Positions 27,404-35,455 of a DNA stretch of 64,000 nt are shown here, in pieces. Location of the stretch: IMG/VR virus record IMGVR_UViG_2825118518_000002, positions 32,001-96,000 of that record, one strand, 5' to 3'. The DNA is from a virus. Lineage: Duplodnaviria > Caudoviricetes. The notes under the pieces are model-generated. The model had not been told where the DNA came from. It did no database searches and was given only the letters and a program-made list of their open reading frames with translations. The first letter of the stretch is position 1. Each line of letters begins with the position of its first letter. Made by a program: the position numbers and the translations under genes.

Positions 27404-27482
27404 GAGAAGGCTTCGCGAAAACCCAGCATTTCTGGGACAGGCGGTTTCTATTTGTTCTCGCCTGTTCCTATTCTGTCCAGCG

Positions 27483-27503
27483 AAACGGTCCGCAAACGGT
27501 CCG
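27483..27503. repeat. Direct repeat AAACGGTCCG x2, probable arm sites of prophage 2
   Basis: Exact 10-bp repeats 80 bp from att core. Confidence 0.6.
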
Positions 27504-27515
27504 GGAAGGATGATT

Positions 27516-27704
27516 ATGAACGATCTCATCGAACGCATGGAAGCCCAAGCCGACATGCAAGGCCCGGAAGCTGAACTGCTGCGGGAGGGAGTTTTGAAGA
27601 TCACGTACCTTCGCGAGGCATTGGCAACGTGGAGGCTTCTTGCACTGGTAATCGGCTCATATGGGGCCGGCTATATCGCTTACGATATCTGGAAGAGTCT
27701 TTGA
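27516..27704 (+). CDS. Small membrane protein
   Basis: RBS AAGGA, C-terminal TM. Confidence 0.55.
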   Translation: MNDLIERMEAQADMQGPEAELLREGVLKITYLREALATWRLLALVIGSYGAGYIAYDIWKSL

Positions 27705-27785
27705 AAAAGGCGAGGAATGGCAAGACTTAATTCTTGCACAACATGCCCAATGTGATATCATGGGCCATTAGCACATGGAGCACAT

Positions 27786-28016
27786 ATGGAAAAGGAACTA
27801 AAAGACCAACGCGTCCCGGTCATGTTCTCTAAATCGGAACTGGAACTGATCGACGATTGGCGCTTCGCACATAGAGTTGGATCGAGAGCCGAAGCCATCC
27901 GGCGGCTCTGCCGGAAGCAACTCATCAAGGACCGCCGCCTGCTTGAGGATGGACGGATCAACAAGTTGATGGATGAGGCAGCTACCCACAACGTGGAAGA
28001 GGACAGCGGTCAATGA
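27786..28016 (+). CDS. Ribbon-helix-helix regulator
   Basis: QRVPVMFSKSELELIDDWRF...SRAEAIRRL. Confidence 0.8.
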   Translation: MEKELKDQRVPVMFSKSELELIDDWRFAHRVGSRAEAIRRLCRKQLIKDRRLLEDGRINKLMDEAATHNVEEDSGQ

Positions 28017-28393
28017 CAGATCCGCGGACGATAAAATTCCAGTTGATGCTGGCTCAGTCTGACGCGGATCACATCGATGACTGGATGTTTGCTCGCCGCA
28101 TTCGATCCAGAGCAGAAGCAATCCGTCAGCTATGCAGGGTCGCTACAAGCCTGCTTGATGAACGAGACATCATCGTTCGCCTTACAGATGAGCTCTGGCC
28201 CGCAATTCAAAACGAAGCCGATCGGCATGGCCGTTCCATGAGTGCTGAGATTGCCACATTACTGGAGCAGAAGAAATCTTCGCCTCGTGAGCGGAAGAAC
28301 CGGGAGAAGGCGTTCGTAGACGGCGTGCGCGTCCTTATGGAGAGGTATCTAGAGCCCGAAAATGATAGCGGATATAAAATTGAAGACGTTTAA
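28013..28393 (+). CDS. Double RHH/Arc-like regulator
   Basis: IDDWMF...SRAEAIRQL plus Arc-like IIVRL...GRSMSAEIATLLE. Confidence 0.78.
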   Translation: MTDPRTIKFQLMLAQSDADHIDDWMFARRIRSRAEAIRQLCRVATSLLDERDIIVRLTDELWPAIQNEADRHGRSMSAEIATLLEQKKSSPRERKNREKAFVDGVRVLMERYLEPENDSGYKIEDV

Positions 28394-28453
28394 GGAAACG
28401 TCGCTATTCATGAGCAATCGCGCCGCCCTCAAGGAGCATGAAGGATCGGGACT

Positions 28454-28696
28454 ATGAGCGACGAAACAAATTTCCGCAAAGAGCGCGTTGAAAAACTGCT
28501 TTATGAACTGCAATACGAAGTGACGCGCGGCATAATGGAAGGAGACCTCGACGAGCACATGGGGTTTCTCTTCATGATAGGCGTGTCGAAGCAGATCAGT
28601 GATGGTGTTGTCGCGTGCGAGTTCAGAACGCGGCCAGTTCCCAGATATCATGTTTCGCCTGATGACCTTCAGCCGCGGCTTCGGGTTATCAAGTAA
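28454..28696 (+). CDS. Hypothetical 80 aa protein
   Basis: Clean ORF with upstream purine tract. Confidence 0.65.
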   Translation: MSDETNFRKERVEKLLYELQYEVTRGIMEGDLDEHMGFLFMIGVSKQISDGVVACEFRTRPVPRYHVSPDDLQPRLRVIK

Positions 28697-28787
28697 TGCT
28701 GAACAGCCGCCGTCTCCACCTCCAAGCCTTTATCTTCGCCCTGATGTTTATCGGCTGGCTGGGGTATGAGGGGTGGAAGGCGATCGG

Positions 28788-29246
28788 CTAAGGCCGCACG
28801 ACTGGCGTTCGCCATAGTGTCTTGTTCGCCCGCGTCTGCGCATCATCGAGCTTGCTGCTCAAGACCTCGACGCGGGTGGCAACCTTATTGATGCTCTCGA
28901 TAGCGGTATCCAGTTTGCCACCGAGGGCTTCAACAACCCGATCGATCCTGGCGTTGGATGCCTCGATACCCTTCTTATTCTCCGCAACGCCTTCTAGAGC
29001 GCGCGTTGTTTGAAATGTGAGAGGCGCGATGTCGGCCACGGCCTTGTTCAAATCGATGTCGGCCTTGATACCTCTGTCGGTTTCCGACTTGAGCTTATCC
29101 TGAATGTCCTGGATATCCCGCTTCGTGTCGTTCCATGCGATAGAAGCCACTGCGACGTTTGCCAGGGTGGCGAAGGATATCCCGCCGATGACAACCAGCG
29201 TATTGAAGTTCCATTCGAACCTCTTGCTGCGTTCCGGTAGTTGCAT
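28788..29246 (-). CDS. TM plus coiled-coil protein (lysis-region type)
   Basis: FEWNFNTLVV TM segment then heptads; RBS GGAG. Confidence 0.75.
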   Translation of the reverse strand: MQLPERSKRFEWNFNTLVVIGGISFATLANVAVASIAWNDTKRDIQDIQDKLKSETDRGIKADIDLNKAVADIAPLTFQTTRALEGVAENKKGIEASNARIDRVVEALGGKLDTAIESINKVATRVEVLSSKLDDAQTRANKTLWRTPVVRP

Positions 29247-29409
29247 GTTAGCTCCGTTCATTCCCCGCGCCCTGTCCGTCTATGCCCTGCGAATTAATGA
29301 AATAGGAATGTCTGGCTGCCACTCTGCACTCAGCCGTCGCGATCCCGGTGATCGTGTGGTCAGACCGCCGCTCCTGTTACGAGCAGGTGTGGCGGTCGCT
29401 TGGTCAAAG

Positions 29410-29430
29410 AAAAACCGCCCGAAGGCGGCC
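29410..29430 (-). terminator. Rho-independent terminator
   Basis: Minus strand CCGCC-TTCG-GGCGG-TTTTT. Confidence 0.85.
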
Positions 29431-29456
29431 TATGGATGTCTGCGATGTGATTGCGC

Positions 29457-29672
29457 TCAGTCGTTCTTTGCCAGATACGCGGTTATAACCGGATAGCGTT
29501 CGTTAAGACTTTTGCGGATCGCGTCTTCGTCGCCCGCCATGAGCTTAGCCTCACGCCGGATTGCTTCGATGTCTTCGCGCCTCCGCAGCATGTTGCTGAC
29601 ATCTTTGGCGTCGATGCGCTTGCCCCAGAAACCGCCGCCGTTCTTTGCTCCGGAGTGTTCGGTCTTGATTGC
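29457..29672 (-). CDS. 71-codon reading frame without start codon (AIKTEHSGAKNGGGFWGKR...)
   Basis: Translated by hand; protein-like, followed by terminator; in-frame TGA four codons upstream; absent from ORF track. Confidence 0.55.
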   Translation of the reverse strand, partial: AIKTEHSGAKNGGGFWGKRIDAKDVSNMLRRREDIEAIRREAKLMAGDEDAIRKSLNERYPVITAYLAKND

Positions 29673-29694
29673 CGGATATCCTCATGGAATTAAA

Positions 29695-29825
29695 CGGGGG
29701 CGCTCTACCAGACTGAGCCACCTCGAAAGGAAGGGATTCGAACCCCTGACCTCCCCCGCCGCGTTGCGCTACCAGACTGCGCCACCATCCTGAGACAGGC
29801 CGGATTCGAACCGGCGACCACCGCG
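29695..29825 (-). ncRNA. Tandem circularly permuted tRNA-like elements
   Basis: Two units, each: anticodon-stem 3' strand, variable loop, TTCGAAT T-arm, loop-capped acceptor stem, AGTCTGGTA D-arm, anticodon-stem 5' strand. Confidence 0.88.
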
Positions 29826-29844
29826 TCAATTTGATGATAGTCGA

Positions 29845-32370
29845 TCAAGCTACCTGCGGCAAGATCGGATGGTTCGTATCCCGAGCCAATAGCTTGGTGC
29901 GCAGCGTCGTATAATCGACCGTCTGAACGCTTACAGCGCCGTCGATCGCCATCGAGGCGATAACGCCCGCCGCCTCGCCCTTGAGGCCGCCGGTGGGCTC
30001 CAGACGCCCCATGTACCAGCAGAGGATCGTGCACGAGGATGCCCAAGGAACAATGACATTGGTCTTCGTTGCGGCGTCTGGAACGATCTCCTCAAGAGGG
30101 ACAGGGGCAATCTTGTCGGCGCCAGCCACAAGCGAGCCTGGAACGCTGCCCTGCGTATAGAGCAGGCCACCAGATGCGACCTTCCACGGCGGGTGCTTGT
30201 CGCAATCATATGAGGTGACAGCCACCGTCTTGTCGGAGCGGAGGGCCGAACCGTCCGTCTTGCAGTAGTCCTGCGCGGTCGAGACATAGCCCGTATTCTT
30301 GAGCCGCCAGATCGGGTCGCGCTGATACGGGCGGTTAGGCCAGAAGAGCAGCCCACCGGGGCCGGGGTCAAGGAAGGTTCCAGCATCAAGACCAAAGCCT
30401 TGGAACTGCGTTACCAGTGTCCCAGGAATGCGGCTGTCACCGGAATTTGCGTGCCACCAGAACCACCCGAGCTGATAATCCCTCAGATCGTCGATGACGG
30501 CAAGCTGCGCTGCCCGGTTCGCTGCGGTCGCATAGCGATAGCCGCTGCCTGGCAAGTCGGTCGACAGGCCACCGGAACCGTTGTTCACGTCCATCTTGTT
30601 CGTCGAGCCGCCGACCGCGAACTGCAGGATGGTCGTGGTAACGGCCGGATTGCCGATCGTGACGCTGGGGTTGAGGACATAGGCGCGGGCCGCTGTCTCG
30701 TAGCGCAGGGAATTATAATTCCGATGTGGGTCCATTGTGGTGACAGGAACCAAGCGCGCCGGGTCGGTCGTCATCGCAAGGCGGTAGTTCATGCTTTCGA
30801 TCGATGGATCAACACCATCGACGGTAAGGCCGGGAAGCGGCATTTCGCCTTGGATGTCAGGCAGCAGGCCAGATGCCTGAACGCCATCCGTGATGTAGGG
30901 GCTGATATCCGAGCCATAGGGCTTGCTGAGAGCGCTTGATCCCTTGTAGCCGTTGTTGGCTTCCGAGCCGGCGCCGGCCGCCTCGCTGCCCGTGAATGTC
31001 GGAATACCGGACGATTTGTGGATGTATTCCCCGTCATAGTCCGCGGCGATGAACTGCCGAGCCGTGAAGGTCCGCCCGTCGTTGGTCTTCAGCGCAGTGT
31101 CCGTGGTGCCGACAGAGGTGATGGACTGGATGCCGGTGGAGAAGTAGACCGGGATATCCTGCCCGAGAATAAGCGTGCCGTTCGTCCGGGTCGGGTCGAG
31201 CATCCGGCGCACACCCTGGACGAACTGCCAGCTTTCAACAGAGTTGCCGGTCTGTGTGTTCGTGTCGGCGCGGTTGATGATGGTGCTGTTGACCCACGAT
31301 GTGAGGTCTCGATAGAGTCCCTTGAGCGCCGTGAAGTTGTAGCAGTCCACGTAGGCCAGGCCCGACGCCGGCATGCCGCCGATATCCCAATCGGTCTTTG
31401 CCAGATCGTCGAGAACGAGGGCAACGGTCTTGCCTTCCTGTTTGGCGGCATAGGCAGCACAAACAGCCGTCCAGCTCGCGCCGTAAACGAGAACGTCATA
31501 ATCGGCCGTCGTCGGGGCATAGCCCGCAGCATAGGTGTCCACATACCCAAAGCGGATTTTGTAGTAATAATCCAGCAGCGCCGCGCTGATTTCCCGGCAT
31601 TGCGCATCGTTCAGGGTCACGTCGAAGATGGCGAAGAGGCCGCAGTCCTTGGTTGAAAGTGCGCCGCCATTGATGCCGCCGAGGTGAATTGTCGGGTTGG
31701 TCGCGGGAGAGACATAGGTGGGTGACGGGGCTTCGCGGGTGATGCCGAAGGTATCAAGGCTATTCGGGCGGATGCTGTGCATGCCTTGGCCTGGGGTGAT
31801 CGTCGTCGAGGTCGAGACGTAGTTCGTAGCCTGCAGGCGCGCGTTGAACTTGCTGGACGCGTCTTTTGTGTTTGCCCCAATACCATCACCGCCGGCCGTC
31901 TGTGCGCCGAATTCACCACTGCTGCCGCCTGTCGAGGTCCGCGAATAGTAGAATATGGTGAACTGCCCCTGAGAGAAGCTCTGAAGCCCAATGCCGGTGT
32001 TGTATTTTGCAGTAGAAGTCCACCCGCTCCAACGGTCGTTTGCCGTATAGGTCGGCACGCCTGCACCGGTCAGCGTGAGGTCGTTCGTGCCTGGGTGGAA
32101 CTTGTTCAGTCTGCTATTGATCTCAGTCGGCGTATCCGGGGTGTAGAGGGCTTTGGCATTCGTCATGCTTATGCCAGCGCCCTTGATGCGCGTGATCAGG
32201 CGATCGTAGGCCAGCTTCTCCGAGCGGCGCATGGTGATGCCCTGCGCTGCCTTGGCCGTCTCCAGCGTTGTCGTTTCAGATTGGAACGTGAAAGCAGGAA
32301 GCGATGCACTGCCACCACCTCCGCCCAACTGGTTGGTGATGCCGAGGCTGAGTGCTAACGTCGTGCTCAT
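29845..32370 (-). CDS. Probable virion fibre: lectin-like domain fused to FAD-dependent oxidoreductase fold
   Basis: LALSLGI-G5 N-terminus; YDVLVYGA..AVCAAYAA, GGMPASGL, DYDGE, RLEP...GEAAG motifs. Confidence 0.75.
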   Translation of the reverse strand: MSTTLALSLGITNQLGGGGGSASLPAFTFQSETTTLETAKAAQGITMRRSEKLAYDRLITRIKGAGISMTNAKALYTPDTPTEINSRLNKFHPGTNDLTLTGAGVPTYTANDRWSGWTSTAKYNTGIGLQSFSQGQFTIFYYSRTSTGGSSGEFGAQTAGGDGIGANTKDASSKFNARLQATNYVSTSTTITPGQGMHSIRPNSLDTFGITREAPSPTYVSPATNPTIHLGGINGGALSTKDCGLFAIFDVTLNDAQCREISAALLDYYYKIRFGYVDTYAAGYAPTTADYDVLVYGASWTAVCAAYAAKQEGKTVALVLDDLAKTDWDIGGMPASGLAYVDCYNFTALKGLYRDLTSWVNSTIINRADTNTQTGNSVESWQFVQGVRRMLDPTRTNGTLILGQDIPVYFSTGIQSITSVGTTDTALKTNDGRTFTARQFIAADYDGEYIHKSSGIPTFTGSEAAGAGSEANNGYKGSSALSKPYGSDISPYITDGVQASGLLPDIQGEMPLPGLTVDGVDPSIESMNYRLAMTTDPARLVPVTTMDPHRNYNSLRYETAARAYVLNPSVTIGNPAVTTTILQFAVGGSTNKMDVNNGSGGLSTDLPGSGYRYATAANRAAQLAVIDDLRDYQLGWFWWHANSGDSRIPGTLVTQFQGFGLDAGTFLDPGPGGLLFWPNRPYQRDPIWRLKNTGYVSTAQDYCKTDGSALRSDKTVAVTSYDCDKHPPWKVASGGLLYTQGSVPGSLVAGADKIAPVPLEEIVPDAATKTNVIVPWASSCTILCWYMGRLEPTGGLKGEAAGVIASMAIDGAVSVQTVDYTTLRTKLLARDTNHPILPQVA

Positions 32371-32376
32371 GGGCGC

Positions 32377-32595
32377 TTACTTTCGGCAGGCCGGCAGCGT
32401 GTCGCACGTCTGGTTATGTGCGACGATCTGCTTGGCGAAGGGGATATCGTGGGCGATGATGTATTGCCGTGTGCCGGCCGATGGGGTTAGGCGCTCGAAC
32501 CCGGCGCCGTCATTCGCAGAGGTTGTCGCTTGGCACCCAGACACCGCCAAGCCGGCGGCAAATATCAGCGGGAGAGAGCTTGCCGATCTCAGCAT
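32377..32595 (-). CDS. o-spanin lipoprotein
   Basis: Lipobox VSGC, overlaps i-spanin, QIVAHN. Confidence 0.8.
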   Translation of the reverse strand: MLRSASSLPLIFAAGLAVSGCQATTSANDGAGFERLTPSAGTRQYIIAHDIPFAKQIVAHNQTCDTLPACRK

Positions 32596-32788
32596 TGGTC
32601 TTACCTCGTTCTTTGATGAGTTCCATGGACTTCTGAAGGGCGGCAGTGCGCTCGGCATCCCTGCCCTCATTGCGGGCCGCAGGAAGCCACCAGACAGCGT
32701 TGATGACGATAAGGATGGATGCGGCGGCCAAAGCCCCGGCAAGCGCTGCAGCGGGCAGCTTGAGGGAGTCAGGGATGAACGACAGCAT
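32510..32788 (-). CDS. i-spanin
   Basis: N-terminal TM, after endolysin. Confidence 0.75.
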   Translation of the reverse strand: MLSFIPDSLKLPAAALAGALAAASILIVINAVWWLPAARNEGRDAERTAALQKSMELIKERGKTNAEIGKLSPADICRRLGGVWVPSDNLCE

Positions 32789-33756
32789 CAGCTTTCAACC
32801 GCCTCGCGAATGTCCTTGATCGCCGCAATGATGTAGTGTCGCAAGACAAGGCCGCTGATTGCGACAATCAGGATGGCCCCGATGATGATCGCGAGCGCAC
32901 GCCAATCGAACCCGGTTAGTGCCGCGACACCGAGACCGCCGCCGCCGCCGAATGCGCTGCCGGCCCAGCCGAGAAGGCTGAATTTCTTCTTGACCTGTCG
33001 TTCAACCGCCGTTGGCACGACGGGCTTTTCTTCGACGACAGGAGCCGCCATGAATGCTGCCTGCTTTGTCGATGAGCCGGATATAGCGAGAAGAGCTTTG
33101 TGCAGCTCTGCGCGAGTCTTCGGACCTACGTCCCCGTCTGCGGCAATGCCTGCCTTCGTTTGGAACTGCTCGACGGCTTCTGGTGCGAACCCGAGGACGA
33201 CCAGCGCCAGTCGTGCATAGTGATCGATACGGTCTGCGAGCCCGTTGATGCCACCGTTGATCTTCTTAGTGATCGTCTCGATGTCGCCCTGATCGGCCCA
33301 TCGGTTCAAATGGCGCGTATCCCAGTACCAGAGAGGAGCCAGTCCTTCCCATGGGTCAGTATTGACGAGATCGGGGCTGGCAACAAAATCCGGCGGGTTC
33401 AGGTTGTTTCCGTCGCACCATTCGTAGAATTCCCGATAGTTCGCCTTCCCGGTGATCTGGACGGCTGTCCGGCCGGCATAGAGCTTGCCGTCCCCATCGG
33501 TCGCAGGTGTATTGCCGAGGTCGGCCCGCGTATCGTAGCGCTTCTGTGCGGCTGTCGGGCCCCAGATTTCACGGTCAAAGCGAAAGTCACCGCTCTCGTG
33601 CATGATCTGGGCATAGTACTGGACAGCGCGATGAGGCAGATCCAGACCGAAAATAGATCCGTATTGGTCCATCGCTTGAAGCACGGAATTGAGATTGGCA
33701 ACATTTACCGGCCCGTTTGCGGCCGCACGAAGTTGCTGAGCGGTGATGCTGCTCAT
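32788..33756 (-). CDS. Endolysin, GH19 with PG-binding and C-terminal TMs
   Basis: AQIMHESG, GRTAVQITGKANY, ITKKINGG, DGDVGPKT. Confidence 0.92.
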   Translation of the reverse strand: MSSITAQQLRAAANGPVNVANLNSVLQAMDQYGSIFGLDLPHRAVQYYAQIMHESGDFRFDREIWGPTAAQKRYDTRADLGNTPATDGDGKLYAGRTAVQITGKANYREFYEWCDGNNLNPPDFVASPDLVNTDPWEGLAPLWYWDTRHLNRWADQGDIETITKKINGGINGLADRIDHYARLALVVLGFAPEAVEQFQTKAGIAADGDVGPKTRAELHKALLAISGSSTKQAAFMAAPVVEEKPVVPTAVERQVKKKFSLLGWAGSAFGGGGGLGVAALTGFDWRALAIIIGAILIVAISGLVLRHYIIAAIKDIREAVES

Positions 33757-33836
33757 GGAAGGCTCCAGATTGTGGATATGGCAAAAGGCCCGCTGCCAAG
33801 GGCAACGAGCTAGGTGGCTTCGATGATGTGGAATGC

Positions 33837-34694
33837 TTAGAGGTTCAGCGCTGCCTTGAGGGCGGCAACTGCCAGGGTGGCGCGCTGCTCGGCGCCAGCT
33901 TCATTCAGGTGGGTGTTATCGTACCGGCCGGATGGGCCGATCAGCTCGACGTTCTCGCCGGCAAACACAGTGCTGTTGTTCACGACGCTCGCCTGAGCAG
34001 CAAGGATGCCGGCATTCGTGTTGCCGTAGTAGTAGGCTTCCTGGGCGACGAGGACAGGGCAGCCAGGAATGGCGCGGTTGAATTCGGCAATCACCTTCTG
34101 CAGGCTTGCGGCATAGGAAGCTTGCGAGGTGTTGGCGGCGGTGTCGCTCTCGCCCTGCCCCCACATGATTGCGGTGCATGGGAGGCCGGCGTCTCGGATG
34201 CGAAGCCCAACCGTGTTGATGATGTTGAACAGGTATGGAGCTTGCGAGGGATCGGCCCATTGCCCGACGCGGGTATTTCCAACCGCCATAGGAACGAGGA
34301 TGACGCGATCATAATGTCCATCGGAAATGAGTTTATCGGCCATCCGCATCATCCACGTGCCGCGCTGGTCCGTCACCGTGCCGCCGCTGACGTTGATGCC
34401 GAGCAGCGGGTCTTTGGCCTTGTAGAGCTTGCCGTCATGGATATTGATCTGGTCGATATTCGTGTTGACCGGGACATATGGCGTCGGCACTTCGTTGACG
34501 CTCAAGGACTGCCCGATAACGACGATGACGGCGGTATTGCTGAGATCGCCCTTCGGAACCTCAATGCGGCCTGTCAGGTCAAGGACAGGATCAGCCCCGG
34601 TAATGACTGAGCCGGGGGGATAGATGTAATACGCCTTCTCGCTAGTATAGCGATTGTAGGCCAGACCTGAGCCCCCGAAGAGCATGGCAGCCAT
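33837..34694 (-). CDS. SGNH/SASA family O-acetylesterase (start uncertain, 34694-34760)
   Basis: GQS, WGQGESD, DNTH catalytic blocks. Confidence 0.85.
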   Translation of the reverse strand: MAAMLFGGSGLAYNRYTSEKAYYIYPPGSVITGADPVLDLTGRIEVPKGDLSNTAVIVVIGQSLSVNEVPTPYVPVNTNIDQINIHDGKLYKAKDPLLGINVSGGTVTDQRGTWMMRMADKLISDGHYDRVILVPMAVGNTRVGQWADPSQAPYLFNIINTVGLRIRDAGLPCTAIMWGQGESDTAANTSQASYAASLQKVIAEFNRAIPGCPVLVAQEAYYYGNTNAGILAAQASVVNNSTVFAGENVELIGPSGRYDNTHLNEAGAEQRATLAVAALKAALNL

Positions 34695-35455
34695 CAAAGC
34701 ACCACCGAGCCGATAATGCCGGTTTGGTAGCCGCAAGGTTGCCCTCCATCGCCGAACCAAGTCTGTGTGCCTCCATTGCCGCGTTCAAGCCACCGCAATT
34801 CATGGTAGCCGATCCCGACGTATCCAGCATATCTTGCCCACGCTGGCAAGACGGGAAACGCGCTACCGGCAGCGGCTGGGTTTTTCACCTGGGAAATATC
34901 GGAAGCCGAGGTATCCAAGCCGATCCCGACGAAGCCCGCAACCGCCGATGCAGCGCCGTTGATCATATAGGCTGAGGCCGTCACATCCACCATTCGCCCA
35001 GAGACGCCACAGAAGACTTCGATCTGGTTCAGCGGGTTGTTGTTGGCCTGCCGCCATTGCGCTGCAGAATAAACCCAAGAGTCCGCGGTATCGACACGGC
35101 AGACCGGCACGAGGGTCGCGTCTTCAAGACTCCAGACCAGCCGTGATTGTTTGGTGCTGCGCGTCTGTCCCGCAGCGTGGCAATGAAACCCGCCGACAAG
35201 ATGGGCGTCTCCGGTCGCAATCCCGGCGAACGCGGAGGCATTGACGATATCATCGCCGCTCCGAACCACCTGCAGATCCCGGGTCGTGCTGTTCGTCCAA
35301 GCCGGGCCGATGACCAGCCCACCTGAGGTCAGGAAGACGTCGTAGTTCTTGCCCAACACAGCCGATGACAGGTCAAGTGTTTGACTGCCGTAGAACAGTG
35401 TGCCGGTGGTGACATCTGTTTCTGGAAATTCTTCAATCGAAACGGAAAGTCTCAT
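34694..35455 (-). CDS. Fibre-related protein
   Basis: GPAWTNSTTR, YVGIGYHELRWLE motifs typical of rhizobiophage fibre tips. Confidence 0.6.
   Translation of the reverse strand: MRLSVSIEEFPETDVTTGTLFYGSQTLDLSSAVLGKNYDVFLTSGGLVIGPAWTNSTTRDLQVVRSGDDIVNASAFAGIATGDAHLVGGFHCHAAGQTRSTKQSRLVWSLEDATLVPVCRVDTADSWVYSAAQWRQANNNPLNQIEVFCGVSGRMVDVTASAYMINGAASAVAGFVGIGLDTSASDISQVKNPAAAGSAFPVLPAWARYAGYVGIGYHELRWLERGNGGTQTWFGDGGQPCGYQTGIIGSVVL

Noticed and set aside
27357-27430. Intact tRNA-Pro gene
   Set aside because: Similarity stops at the anticodon arm; no D-arm or 5' acceptor strand, so it is an att remnant
27464-27478. LexA box near att
   Set aside because: GTTC-N7-GTCC is imperfect and lies in the att arm region; ambiguous
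29722-29792. One ordinary linear tRNA made of unit 1 D-arm plus unit 2 T-arm
   Set aside because: No anticodon stem-loop can form, the acceptor stem has mismatches and there is no CCA; the permuted pairing is much cleaner
29705-30046. ORF-track ORFs overlapping the tRNA mimics
   Set aside because: Non-protein-like composition, overlap the fibre gene, better explained by RNA structure
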